Of a DNA stretch of 64,000 nt, positions 1 to 15,966 are shown piece after piece (position 1 is the stretch's first letter; every line of letters begins with the position of its first letter). The DNA lies in assembly GCA_002189035.1 (NCBI GenBank), contig CM007991.1, positions 2,790,001 through 2,854,000 of the forward strand, in the 5' to 3' direction. The DNA is from Utricularia gibba (Eukaryota > Plantae > Magnoliophyta). The translations under genes were made by a program, and so were the position numbers. The notes under the pieces were generated by a model. It was not told the DNA's origin. It saw nothing but the letters and a program-made list of their open reading frames with translations, and made no database searches.

Positions 1-2613
<2,613 letters not shown>

Positions 2614-3582
2614 GTTACTTCGATTTCAAGCGCGAAAAAGGAAAGGCGAACGCCAAAAAATAAACTTTGAACTCTCGCCCCTGTCTGAAGCAATAAAAAA
2701 CGCTACGGCTACTAGACACCGAATCGTTGCTCCGGCGCGCGTGGTTTTGTCGCTTTAGTTCCTTGACCACAAGGTTTTCCTTTGACGCATATACTTTCAT
2801 TGGGCCTCCTAAATTTTTTCTTCACAAGAAATGATGGGCCTTGCCTTATCTTTCTTCGACAACACTGCATGAGCTAGGGCTGCGGGTATTGTGCAACACC
2901 AAGTTCAGGTTGCGAGCCTCGTCGTCCTCCGCACTCAGATTCCCACTCTGCAACAGCGAATGACTCCTCAAGAACAGAGGAAAGGGGTGACCGAACTGAA
3001 AGGCAAATGCAGCGCGAACCGATATCCGAAGCCAGTTGCAGACCGAAATTGGGCCATCGGAAAGTCCAATTTTCGCTCCGAAGAATGAACTTCCGATCTG
3101 GGCCTCGCTTTCTCTGTGGGCGGTGGGCCTTTTTCAACCGCTTCCAGAATAGGTTAAACTTAAACCGCATTTATTATTTTTAATTATTTTTATATTTTCA
3201 AAATATCAACAACTCAAAGTTATATAAGAAAAAAAAAATTAAGTTTTTAAAATTGTATTATATATTATAAAAAATGAATCTAAAAAAGGAGGATTCAGAT
3301 TGATTGGATGGTGGGATCTTGGGCTTTAAAACATGCTTATTTTTTTTTCTACATCTATTTATTCCCCTTGAATTGAAATTAGTGTACTTATTGTATTCTT
3401 CTTACAAATTTATCCCTTTATCTTGAACACAAGAGATTTCAAAGGTGCATTTATTTGGGGAATTAAGGAATTTCAAAGCCAATCAAATCTCTTTCCAAGT
3501 CCCGGAAAAACCCCTTTCTTAATCAATTTGTTCAAAAGGAAAACGGCCAGGGCGGCCGGACAATTTGGCTGACGCCCATCTC

Positions 3583-3590
3583 TATATAAA
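3583..3590 (+). promoter_or_regulatory. TATA box of the alpha-amylase gene
   Basis: TATATAAA 65 nt upstream of ATG 3655. Confidence 0.6.
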
Positions 3591-3654
3591 CGGCGCCCAT
3601 TTCCAACGGCATCCATGTCATTGCGTCGGAGACACGGGAACCTCACTTCCAGCG

Positions 3655-4232
3655 ATGGCTTCCAGCGGCGCTTCTCAGCTCTGCCTCATCTTCCTCACCC
3701 TCGCACTTTGCCACCTCCGGGCCCGTTCCGCCGCCGTCCTGTTTCAGGTATTTCCCGGATCCCACGTCAGATCCACAAGCATTACCGTATGGAGCTGCTT
3801 TTATTCGACTGCTGATGCAAACCGTGTTTGTTTTGTGAAAGGGGTTCGACTGGGAGTCGTGCAACCAGCAAGGAGGGTGGTACAATTTGCTCCTGAACGG
3901 AATACCTGACATCGCGGCCGCCGGCATCACGCATGTCTGGCTGCCGCCGCCGTCTCACTCCATCGACTCCCAAGGTGAAGGAACAATGAATAAAGAACAC
4001 CACTACACTACGCATGTCGGGATCCAACTTAATCTCTATTTTTTGAAAAATCTCACATTTAACCATCGTTCAATATTCTATTTTCGGTATTTAAACCATA
4101 TTATTTAAAATTTTCCCTCCATTCCCATGCGATTGATATGGGATTGATTTTTTTTTTAAAAAAATATCATTATTTCTCTTAGCATGGTTTATATTAATTT
4201 GTAGATTAGTTTTTGTTGGAAATTTAATTGTC

Positions 4233-4270
<38 letters not shown>

Positions 4271-5330
4271 AGGTTATCTGCCTGGGAGACTGTATGATCT
4301 TGATGCGTCCAAGTACGGCAACAGCAGCCAACTCAAGGCGCTAATCGACGGTTTTCACGGCCAGGGGATCAAGGCAGTCGCCGACATCGTCATCAACCAC
4401 CGCACTGCGGAGTATAAGGACAGCCGTGGAATCTACTGCATCTTCGAGGGCGGCACCGCCGACGGCCGTCTTGATTGGGGGCCGCATTTCATCTGCAGGG
4501 ACGACGTTGATTACTCTGACGGCACTGGAAACCTGGATTCCGGCGACGGGTACCCACCGGCGCCTGATATCGATCATCTAAACCCTACCGTGCAGTCTGA
4601 TTTATCCGAATGGCTCAACTGGCTGAAAACCGAAATGGGATTCGATGGATGGAGATTCGATTTCGTCAGGGGATATGCTCCTAGCATCACCAAAATCTAT
4701 ATGCAGAACACCACGCCGGATTTCGCGGTGGGCGAGTTATGGGACTCGATGGACTACGGATCCGATGGGAAACCCCTGTACGACCAGGACCGCCATCGAT
4801 ATGAGCTTGCGAATTGGGCGTCGAACGCAGGGGGCGTAAACGCGTTCGATTTCACGACAAAAGGGATTCTGCAAGCCGCGGTAGAAGGAGAGCTATGGCG
4901 ATTGATTGACCCAAACGGAAACCCACCAGGATTGATCGGAATCGCGCCCCAAAACGCAGTTACATTCATCGATAATCACGACACAGGCTCGACCCAAAAT
5001 CTCTGGCCATTCCCATCGGATAAAGTGGGTATGGGTTACGCTTACATTCTCACACACCCCGGAACTCCCTGCGTTTCCTATGATCATTTCTTCAATTGGG
5101 GGATGAAAGATGAGATCTCGAGGCTGATCGCCGTTCGGACGAGGAATGGAATCAGCGAGACGAGTAAAGTGGTGATCTGGGCTTACGATGCTGACCTATA
5201 CGTCGCGAGAATTGATGATAAAGTGATCACTAAACTGGGGACGAGGTGGGATCTGGGCAACCTGATTCCGGCGGATTTTCAGCTGGCTACCTCCGGCAAC
5301 AACTATGCCGTCTGGGAGAAACAGGGATGA
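3655..5330 (+). CDS. AMY: Secreted alpha-amylase (GH13), 3 exons: 3655-3747, 3842-3974, 4273-5330
   Basis: Signal peptide [18 protein letters not shown]; LFQ|GFDWES junction; VWLPPPSHS; DIVINHR; [10 protein letters not shown]; AVGELWD; FIDNHDTGS. The splice sites are canonical and the spliced frame is continuous. Confidence 0.95.
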
Positions 5331-5676
5331 AATGAGGCTTTTGTGTGTTTCTATACCAGGATAAATATATATGCTTTTTAAAGAAAAATCTTTCTTCTTA
5401 AAAATTATATTAAATAATTAATTATATATCTCCATCTGTTTATGAAAATTGAAAATTATGGGGATTTTCTTAAAGGTGAGGATATTATTGGGCCGGACCG
5501 TCTACTTGTTGGGCTCTGGTTGAAGTTTAGGCCCGTGGATGTACGGACAGGTGCGTCTCTCCGATCGGAACGAAAGTTGAATTTCAAAACGTTCCGGACT
5601 CCCGCTTCTTCCACCGGCTATTTTTCTCTTCGTATCCGTTGGTTATTGTTCCTCTGCTCCCTTATCGCCGTCGAAA

Positions 5677-7728
5677 ATGGGTGCTAACAGCAGTCGTGAG
5701 GGGATGGAAGCCCTAGATTCTGATAACGATTCCGATTCCGATTCTCGAGAAACCAACAATCACGGATACGATTCAGAGGATTCCTTTGCTACTCCGTCGT
5801 CGCAAACCTCTGAGCAAAAACAGAAAGCTTCTACGACGCCGTCCTCGCTTGAAGAAGTCGAATCGAGGCTCAAAGCTCTGAAGCTCAAGTATGGGGTAAA
5901 TTCCAGTAACCCTACTCCCAAGAATGCGGTCAAGCTGTACCTCTATTCGGGTGCGTATAGTGCGAAATCCAAGTGGGCTGTCGCGGAAAAGCTCACTTTC
6001 TATGAATTTTCGAAGAGGGATCCTGATGATGACCAGGATGAAGCGGATGAGGTGGATACCGATTCTCACTGGTTCTTGAAAATTGGCTCCAAGGTAAACG
6101 CAAAAATTGACGATAGTATACAGCTGAAGGCTAACAAAGATCAGAGGCGAGTGGATTTTGTTAGCAATGGGTTTGGGCGTTGAAGTTTTTTTGCGATGAA
6201 GATTGGGGATTTTTCATTAACAAGTATCAGGATTGTTTATTTGAGAATACATTCGGTTATGAGTCCAATGATGTGAATAAGCTGAAGGTGTATGGTAAAG
6301 ATTTCCTTGGGTGGGCAAAGCCTGAAGCTGCTGACGATTCCATTTGGGAAGACGCGGCTGACAGCTTAGGGGCCCCTCCAAGTAAAACCCCTATGAAAGA
6401 AAGCCATGATTTGTCTGAAGAGTTTGAGGAGGTCGCGCCTAAAGGCGGGGCAATCCAGAGTTTAGCAATGGGTGCTTTGGATAATAGTTTCCTGGTGAGT
6501 GATTCTGGGATTCAGGTCGTAAGGAATTACAGTCATGGAGTCCAAGGAAAAGGGCTTTATGTTCATTTTGACACTGCAAAATTCAGTGGTGGGAAAGGCA
6601 TTAGTAGCAGTTATTCAACTCCCAAGAAGGCTTTGCTCATGAAGGCAGAGACGAACATGCTTCTCATGAGTCCTGCAAACGATGCAAAGCCCCATTCTAA
6701 GGGTTTACACCAGCTTGATATTGAAACTGGGAGGGTTGTGAGTCAGTGGATGTTTGAGAAAGATGGCGTTGATATCACAATGAGGGATATAACAAACGAT
6801 AGTAAGGGGGCTCAGATAGATCCTTCTGGTTCAACTTTCTTGGGTTTGGATGATAACAGGTTATGCCGGTGGGACATGCGCGATCGCAAAGGCCTAGTTC
6901 AAAACATTGTGAATGAAAGAACCCCTGTGTTGAACTGGACTGAGGGACATCAGTTTTCTAGGGGAACGAATTTTCAGTGCTTTGCAACTGCTGGTGATGG
7001 ATCTATTGTTGTTGGATCACTTGATGGTAGAATCAGGTTGTACTCAACTAGTACTATGAGGCAAGCAAAGACTGCCTTTCCAGGGCTGGGTTCACCTATC
7101 ACTCATGTTGACGTTACCTATGATGGGAAGTGGGTTTTGGGAACTACTGATACTTACTTGATCCTCATATGCACCATGTTCACAGACAAAAATGGCAAGA
7201 TGACTACTGGGTTTGCTGGCAGAATGGGGAATCGTCTCTCAGCTCCAAGATTGCTGAAACTGACCCCCTTGGATTCTCATATGGCTGGAACATGCAAGTT
7301 CCGCAATGCTCAGTTCTCATGGGTATGTACGGAGTCATTTACTCTTTAGACTTCTCCTATTTCTTTTCTCCGAGACTGTGCATTTGTTTTTGCCACTTAA
7401 CACAGACTTCAGACATTGATTCTGGTTGAACGAACAGGTTACTGAAAATGGTAAGCAAGAGAGGCACCTGGTTGCAACGGTGGGAAAGTTCAGTGTGATA
7501 TGGAATTTCCAGAGAGTCAAGGATGGAAATCATGAATGTTACCAGACTCAGGTTGGATTGAAAAGCTGCTACTGCTACAAGATAGTTCTGAAAGAAGATT
7601 CTATCGTCGATAGTCGCTTCATGCATGAGAAATTCGCCGTCAGCGATTCACCTGAAGCTCCTCTGGTTGTGGCTACACCCTTGAAAGTCAGCTCCTTCAG
7701 TATATCAACCAAGCGCCTGGAGCTGTGA
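5677..7728 (+). CDS. VID27: VID27/CYPRO4-like WD40-type protein, 2 exons (5677-7322, 7438-7728), with an apparent -1 frameshift at 6169-6171
   Basis: N-terminal MGANSSRE (myristoylation-like). [83 protein letters not shown]. One extra G at 6169-6171 joins the two ORFs as VSNGVWALKFF. Confidence 0.88.
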
Positions 7729-7970
7729 ACATGGAGAAAATCCAGACTTCCTTTGTACTTCTAGAATTATCTGTGGTCTGTATTTTGTTAGTGGTTGCAT
7801 CTCGCAGAGCCAGCTTTGTGTTGGATTATTTTGTTTAGGATCGCTATTATTATTTTTATTATTAGCAGATATTCGACCATTTCTTCCTGAATTTTCTAAC
7901 TGTTGGTTCAGACTTCAGAGAAAAAAGTCATAATCCCTCACAGCAATTTTTGTTCAGTTTCAGACAAGTG

Positions 7971-9377
7971 ATGGAGAATGGGAAATGGAAACATCAGGTA
8001 TGCTCTTCTTCTTCTTCTTCTTCTTCTTCTTCATCACCCCACATTTCATAGTTATGTGTAAACGTTGCTTATGAATTGATGGATTGTATTAAAGGACAAG
8101 GCATCTAAAAGATCGCCATTGCTGCTCAACATAATCTTCCTCCTCTTCGCCTCCGCCTGCGGATTATGCATCTTTGCGGTGAGTGTAAGGCAGCAAACCA
8201 ACAGATTCGGAAAGCGAATCCCGGTAAAGTTCCAAACGAAGCAAGCTTGTACCAACGTCACTCTGATCCGACAGCAGGCTTCCCATTATCTGCACTTTCC
8301 CAGTCCGCAGACGTTCAGCAGGTATGTTGTGACATCGAGGATCGTTTTCATCCAATTGGTTCGGGAGGTTTAATCCGGGATCTTCCTTTCCTGTTTCATT
8401 TTCAGGGAGGAATGTTCATGCAACCCTGTACACTTGTTCGCTATTGTGTCCATGCAGAGATCAGGCAGCGGCTGTTTCGAGACGCTGCTCAACAGCCATG
8501 TGAACGTGAGCTCCAACGGAGAAATTTTCGGATCGAAGGAGCGCCGAGCCAACGTCTCTGCGCTCTATCGGACGCTCGATAAAGTTTACAATCTCGACTG
8601 GCTAAGCAGCGCCTCCAAGAACGAGTGCTCAGCTGCCATAGGCTTCAAATGGATGCTGAATCAGGTATTCTTTTCAGCAACCAACTGTCCAGTCTCTTGT
8701 GTTCCAGACAAGTGAATACGGTTGCTTTTCATGCAAAGGGGTTGCTGGAATTTCATGAACAAATAGAGGAGTACTTCAATACAAGAAAAGCATCGATGAT
8801 ATTTCTGTTCCGCCGGAATCTTGCCCGGAGGATGGTTTCGCTTCTCGCCAATGCGTACGATAAGGCCAACAAGCCATTGAACGGAGTACATAAATCTCAC
8901 GTTCATTCACCTCACGAGGTAACTGAACCATACATAGATATCTTTCCTTGAGACATTTGAGAGGAAGAATCATGTCATACAGGCACAAGTTCTTGCGAGA
9001 TACAAGCCAAGTATCAATGTAACGCAGCTCGTGAAGGATTTGAAGGGAGCAGACAGGAAGGTGAAGAAAGCACTGGAGTGTTTCAAGAGCACCCGGCATA
9101 TTGTTATCTACTACGAAGATGTCGTCAAGAATCGAACAGTGAGCAGCAGTAGTTCTTATAGCACATTTTATATCAGGAATGAAGAAAAGATCGATTTTTA
9201 TTGATGCAGAAACTGGTGGAAGTGCAAGAGTTTTTGAATCTGCCAATGAGAAATCTCACCAGTCTCCAGGTGAAAATCCACGGCGGCCCTCTTTCACGGC
9301 AGATCGAGAACTGGGAAGAGGTCACAGCAACTCTTCGGAAAACTCCATTTGAAAAGTTCATTCTGACAGACTCCTGA
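7971..9377 (+). CDS. NodH-like / sulfotransferase-fold P-loop type II membrane protein, 6 exons
   Basis: Exon 1 MENGKWKHQ spliced to DKASKRSPLLL plus a TM segment; YLHFPSPQTFSR; MQRSGSGCFETLLNSH; TLDKVYNLDWLSSASKNECSAAIGFKWMLNQ; IFLFRRNL; IYYEDVV; last exon ends LTDS*. Confidence 0.85.
8005..8031 (+). repeat. (CTT)9 microsatellite in intron 1
   Basis: Direct reading of the sequence. Confidence 0.9.
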
Positions 9378-9623
9378 GACATACCCTTTACATAACAACA
9401 CAAAAGGTTCTATTAATGCGTGCGTTTCTATGTTAAAACATAGTAACAAAAAACAATGTTCAGAGTACATATGTACATCGATGTAGTTTTCTGATCTTTC
9501 CTAGTACACGAGATGTTTACTGGATTCTACAACTAGACTGCCTTATTGCTCTGTGTGTTAACTCTTTAGCAGGCAGCTAAAGAATACGTATATCAATCAT
9601 CTGCAGGATTTGGGACTTCCCAA

Positions 9624-12600
9624 TCAATGACTCAGTCCATTTCCGGTGAAAAACTCACCCTCTGTATTTCTTTCGATAACAAACTGGTCCACGATTCTAA
9701 CTGTGTTAACAGGGTCCTGTTGCGATGAAACCGCCCGCCATTTGCTTGGAAACTTCCTCTGGTGACTGAGGCTGGGGGGCATCTTTGATTCAGCTTCCCA
9801 TTTGGGATCTAGCTTCCACTCCTTTGGCACCTGTAGTGTGAGATGAACATGCAGAATTATGAGATGAGCTGTGGAAAATGAACAAGGGATTCTTCTGGTC
9901 ACTTGAATGTTTTACCTTGTCAACAGCAAGAGTGAAGACTTCAAGATCGCCTCTTTGGTTTATGTGGAATCGAGTAAATGACTTGTAGTTGGCTATACGA
10001 AGAGATGAAAAGGCTTCATCGAAGTGAATGTGAAGCCAATTGATGCAGACATACAGATAGCTGCCGAAGATCAATGAAACCACAGGAGTGGAGAAGACCC
10101 AGAAATAAAGGAAAACAGATGCGTAGTATATGATGGCAACGCCTCGAGAAAGTGAGTCCATGCCATTCTTGCAGATGCTACACCGGCTCACAGCCATCAG
10201 CTGACCAAAAAAAAGCAAAAGAATCGTTGCATTTGAGGTAAGCAATCAGAAGAAAAAAGATGGTATGCAACCAGCTGTGGTATATCACACCTCAGGGATA
10301 TCAAACGCAGACATCAGATACTTGATGCAAGCAGGATAGAGGCCAAAAGTCCATTGCTCAATACGAGCACGTAGGCCTGTTGGATCAGGAAAATGCTCGA
10401 TCTCGACTGACCGGTACCATTCATACAGTGTGTGGTAACCTGAAACCAGATAGATGAGAGAAAAGGTTGCAGAGAAATAGCACAAGAGAAAATCAAAGGA
10501 ATGGTCACCTGAAGTGGCTAGCAATTTATGACTGATGCATGTCTCGATGCCCAGTTCAAGGAGCAGCATTAGAATCAAAGCAGCAGAAAGGTGAGCAGAA
10601 ACATGGAGAATTCCTATTATGGCTCGTTTTTTCCGCGATGCTTTTGATGGAACAAAAGCAACAGCAATAATCAGCAATACAAGCGCACCAGCTAAAGAGA
10701 TGTATGAGCTTCCAACCATATATATGAAAGAATCCCAAACTGTGCCGAAAAAGCTCTTCAGGAAACCGGAAAATGAATCTTCAAGCAAGATATGATCCAA
10801 ATTACACTAGAAGAAATGATGGGGTTAGTATTCAGTTATGAACCAAAAGCAGGAATAGAAAGAGAAAGCTACTTGAGTATATTTACCTGTGGAAACATTG
10901 AAAAGGCCAACACGAAATAGATAATGCCACCGATAATGTCGAATTGCCAATTCTTCTTCCGAAACTTCAATATATTTCCTAAAGCAATCTGTTCTAGAAT
11001 CATCAGTATCAGTCTGGCCAAAGTGAAGAAGCAATGGAGAAAAGATTATATTTTGTATATACCCTGCTTGAATCTTCAAAAGATGGATAAGCAGCCTTGC
11101 TTTCATAAGAGGTCCCGTATGCATGATCGAAACCACTGAAAACATGAGTTGGATGCAGAAATGCCCCACCGCATCCATTGACAAGCAAATGCTGCACATA
11201 CACAGGCTTCCCAGAGGGAACATATGAATGCCGCATGTAATGATGTAAGTCTCCTGCAATTCGAAGCTTACACCTTCCTTTTAAATGGTCACGTATTAGG
11301 TATGAAAGATTCTTTCCTGTCACATTATTCCAGTACCAATCCAGAAGCCATGCAGGCTCGTGGGTCATGATGATCACCGAATCCTTGTTTCCAACCTGAA
11401 AAGAAAAACAGTTAAATGCTCATAAAACAAAAAAAGAAAAAATTGGTGAAGAAGGAGGCATTCAAAAACAGCAACATGAATACTAGAAGATTGCTGATTA
11501 TTCAGGTTTCATGAAGTATTCAGGCTGCTATGGAAATACCAACAAAAAACACCTTAGTCTTGATCAGTTCTGCAAAGAACTGAAACTGATACACATCAAG
11601 ATCACAATGGAGAGCTTGGTCAAGGCCGAAGATCCACCATCCTTTCGGCAGCTGAAGAGCAAAATAGCTTCTCTTTTGAGGCATAAACCATCCACCAAGC
11701 CAGCTCTTGTGACAAACATACCGCATAAAAGTCTGCAGCCCATCAAACCAATCTGCAAATTGCAATGATTCCAGTAAAAAAAAAATTAAAAAAAAAGAAA
11801 GGAGAGGATCAGATGTTTAATATAATGATTTAGGACACTGAACTGAATCTAACCATGATTTCCAGGTATTAGAAAACACTGAGGCCCATTATACTGCTTC
11901 AGTGAAGAAACCCCAGAGGGTAACTCTGGTTTGTTTTCAGCAACATGCTCATCTTTAAACCAGACTGGAGGCTGAAGTGCATATTCAAATGGACGAAAAA
12001 GCCGCTTCTCATATGTAAATGCAGATGGATTCGGATACCTGATGCAGTTAATATGCAAATTGATCTCAGAATTTAAAGAACCAACATATAGTTTCATGAA
12101 ACACTTCAGGAGAAGATTGAGCTTACGCAAGATCACCCCCAATCAGGAGCAGATTACCCCGTGGCAGTGAGATTTCTGAGCCCTTATTTTTAATCTTAAT
12201 AGATGGCTGAGCAAGAAGTCGTGCCACACTGTATGAAGAATTTCCACCATCTCCTGTATCAGCCATAAAGTCGAACCAGAATTCATCACGTTCAGAAAAG
12301 TGATCATATAACAAATCATCTTTCTTAGCCGCATCATCAGACTTGCTCATTGCTGCCTAAACGAAGGAAATAAATACAAAAACAAAACAAAAAAACAAGT
12401 ATCAACAAAAAGGCATACTCGTGTGCATCATGCGGCCTGCACAAGAATGTCTAAAAGATTAAGGAGCTAGCAGACCTGCATCATGCGCATGTCAAAGCGA
12501 CCCACAAACACAGTTACTGATACCAGCAAGTCAAAAACTGTCTTAAATAAATCTGCCGAAGTCCTAGAAGGGTCACCAAAAAGAAGATGTCAGAGAGAGT

Positions 12601-14089
12601 TCACGAGAAGTTAAAAACTTGGTGCAGCAAGTTTGTTTTAGAAAAATACCCTGAGTACCAAGGCACCATATCTAGAAACTCAGGCTTCATTTGCTTTTTC
12701 TTTCGCTTCTCAAACTCTTTTTGTGACACAGGGTGAGTAAGAGCCCATCTGCAGTTTTAAAAAGGCCAACAAGAGAATATGATAGCTATCAGAACATAGA
12801 AAACTATATGAAGAGATGGACAAGGCAGATTATTTCAGGAAAAGTTCCAGAAAGTACTTCAAAAGAACCCGCAATATCTTTTACTGGAAAAAGATGTTCA
12901 CTGGGGAAAAAACACAAGTCTTACCCAGTTGATCTTTCCACTACATAATTCGCAATATATAGGCCAATAAAGGTAGCCCATAATGAATATATTGGTGAAA
13001 TCTCAGCTGAGGACTCTGCACAGTTGCCACCGCTGCAAGTCAGCTGAAGAGTGCAACAATGTAAGCATAATATGGTTCAACTTATAGATAAACACTAGAT
13101 AAAGACATAAAGAGACTCACTTCTCCATAAATGACCCATTTTGACAAAAAGGGGTAGTCATGCGCCGAACCAACAGGCGCAAACCAGGATGAGCATACTT
13201 GATCTTTAAACTCATTCATATGAAGGAACTTCGCAAGCCATGAGTTTCGCTCGTCCTTCTTCCACAAGGTGATCCAGCTCACAGAATTGCTTTCTAGTGT
13301 GTTTTCTTTCACAGTCGAACGATTACCACAGTGGCTATAAAATACACAACATGCTACACTTATAACCTACACAAGAATGGCGGCAGAAATAAGAAATGAG
13401 GACGTTGATATTACTGAGGCACATTTGTAGAACTTACAGCGCAATTTTGAAGAATTGTCAGAATAACAGGTCTCCTTCCAGCAACTCGGGAAACAAGGCC
13501 AACATACCAAAGACCAATGAATACGATGTGAAAGACCAGAAGAAACAAAATTGAAGAAATGTATATTGATAAAAATAAAGATAAGTTCATCCTCAAATCA
13601 ACTCCCATTGATTGAAAACTAGGAAGATGATACAAGGCAGCTACCAATATCCATGCTATATACCTGAAAAGTAAAACATCTCAAATATAATAAAAACAAG
13701 TTGACATCTGAAAATTTTCTTCCTTTTAATGTTTTATGCAAAACATGAATCACAGAGAAGAGAAAGAATAGAAAGAAAATAGTAGCGTACCAACGACTAA
13801 AGTTTGAATAGCTTGGTTTGAATGTTTTCCCAATAAAAGGTGATGAAAAGAAGTAGAAGAAACCAAGCAAACACGCATACATTGACCACCACTTGATATT
13901 GCTGTCCAGCTTTTGAATAAGAGTATGCATATTGTCTGATGAAATGAAAAAGAGGCACCCCATGAAGACAGCAATAATCGCATGCCGTGAATGCTCGTGA
14001 GGATAGGGATACGTATGAGTGAGAATAGTTCGAACTGTCTCCATCTTCAAAGTATCAAGGAAACCAACAGGCTGGATATCAGATCCCAT
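9624..14089 (-). CDS. Calcineurin-like metallophosphoesterase with N-terminal multi-pass membrane region (many exons)
   Basis: Start MGSDIQPVGFLDTLKMETVRTILTHTYPYPHEHSRH. Metallophosphoesterase motifs FDFMADTGDGG, LLIGGDLAYP, FLIPGNHDW and IAGDLHHY; NGCGGAFLHPTH. The end reads DPVNTVRIVDQFVIE...LSH*. Confidence 0.9.
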
Positions 14090-15966
14090 ATCACCTCCCT
14101 GAATTTTTTTTCATAGACCCTGAATCAGGTTTGCAAAATAACGACTACAAAAAAAAAAGGATTAATTAATACCAACCGATGTGATCAAACCATGAAACGT
14201 AATAAAAATTCAACTCGTCGAGCCAACGATGAAAAACCCAGAACCCATAAAAAGCTGAGTTGGGATTGCGAAATTTCGAAATTGGTCAAAACACCCCACC
14301 AATTCAATCTTAGATAATCACTTAACAACATTCCGTCCACAGCATCTTATCCATCTCAAGCCGCAGAAAAAAAAAATATTGATACCTGATCGAAACAACA
14401 AGACAGAGAGACAAAAGCAGGGGAAAAGGAGGTGAGGGAACCAGGAAAGCCGCGTGTACATGCACGCACCCTTACTAGATAAACCGCCTCTTGAAATGCA
14501 AATATTATATCCGGCTAAGTTCTGAGAAAGTTTCCAGGAACCATTTTCCCGTTCCATGGCATATTCCTCGACCCCACTACACTACAACGGCTTCCCCCCA
14601 CTTCAACTAATTGAAATTAATCGCAATTTGGGAACAGAGACGCCCCCTATTGTTGTTTTCCTGTCCAAGGCACGACGGCGGTGATGATCCACGAATGCGC
14701 GTGCGATAAAAAAGACTCTGACTTTTCAATCTCGAATTAGTCTCTATCTATCCTACCTCAGTTATTGTCAAATTTCCGGACAAGTTTCGATTTGTTTTTC
14801 ATCACGATTTCGTAGATGGACGGACACGTGATCGTCCCCTACTTTTGCTGGGTTTCTTTAAAGATGACTTGTTTACCAATGGTATCTTACAGGTCATACT
14901 TTCGTGTCGTCGTCATTAGTCAACAAGATCAAGCCTGAACAAAATCCTCAATCCGTTGTGATCAGGGACTCGTAGTATAAGATTGAAATGAGTAAAGATC
15001 TTGACTTTCTGTTTTCTACTCATTCTGGTTCAACCCCTCCTATAATTTTCTCGATTTTGGTCATTGGATTCAGTGCACCCTAGTACAAGGGGGTTCAGCT
15101 TCTTTAATGATAAATTCAATTCTTACATGTGTAGTGAAATAAATGATCCGTGCAGGCAACAGATAACTTTGAGTACAGCTACAGCTTCAGGGTAATCAAG
15201 ATTCATGATGAAAAAGTTAGTTATAAACCGGCCGAAGTTAACCAAAACCGATCCCACACAGGGTTCGGCAGTAATTCTGAACCTGCAATTGGGCGTACAG
15301 CCGGTGCAGTTTGAAGTGAAAGTTGATGGCACTTGAGACAAACATGTCAATTCAATCCATTTTGGAGGTAAATTCAGGAACCTTTATCTCCCTACAGATT
15401 TGAAAAAAGAAAAAGCATGCGTGCTCTTAACTTTGGCTCAAATTTTCAGTTTTCATGTGTGTAATATACTGAACATTACTTGATTGTATATGCTTCAAGT
15501 TGTTGTTTTTTTTACCAGAAATCTGGAGGTTTGTGATAGATGCCACAAGTGGTGACCTTAGTTATTTGATACATACGGGTTGCCTTTCACTTTGTTGGGA
15601 ATGAACCCACATTTCTTTTTTCCGTATCCCTTGATATGCACGTTGGTGAGGCTGATGGTTGGATGAGCCCTGAATGAAAAAAATAAAAAAAATCATCTTT
15701 TTCACAGACCTCTTTGTGTGTAGTGTACATTTAACTGCAACGGCTTCGATTAAAAAACTTGAAAGAGTAGTACGCGACTTGTCTTATAACAATGAATGCC
15801 TTTGTTTGCTTCTACATGTTTTATCTTTTCCTTCCGTGGCTCAGATTGTTTGTTCCTTTCTGTGAAGCACTCTCATGTTCCTTTTTGCCTGCTTCATTTA
15901 TACCCATGGTATGATCTGAAGTTTTGATATTTTCCTGTAAATGGTTTGGGTGATTCAAGGTCAAAG

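Noticed and set aside
2874-3170. GC-rich stretch with 65-98 aa ORFs between TGS1 and alpha-amylase
   Set aside because: No recognisable protein. Several TGGGCC site II motifs suggest promoter sequence.
3200-3600. GA-response complex (GARE TAACAAA, TATCCA box) in the amylase promoter
   Set aside because: I did not find exact TAACAAA or TATCCA motifs in the proximal promoter.
14681-14722. GTGATGA...CTGA pair resembling a C/D snoRNA
   Set aside because: The span is only about 42 nt, with no terminal stem or recognisable guide.
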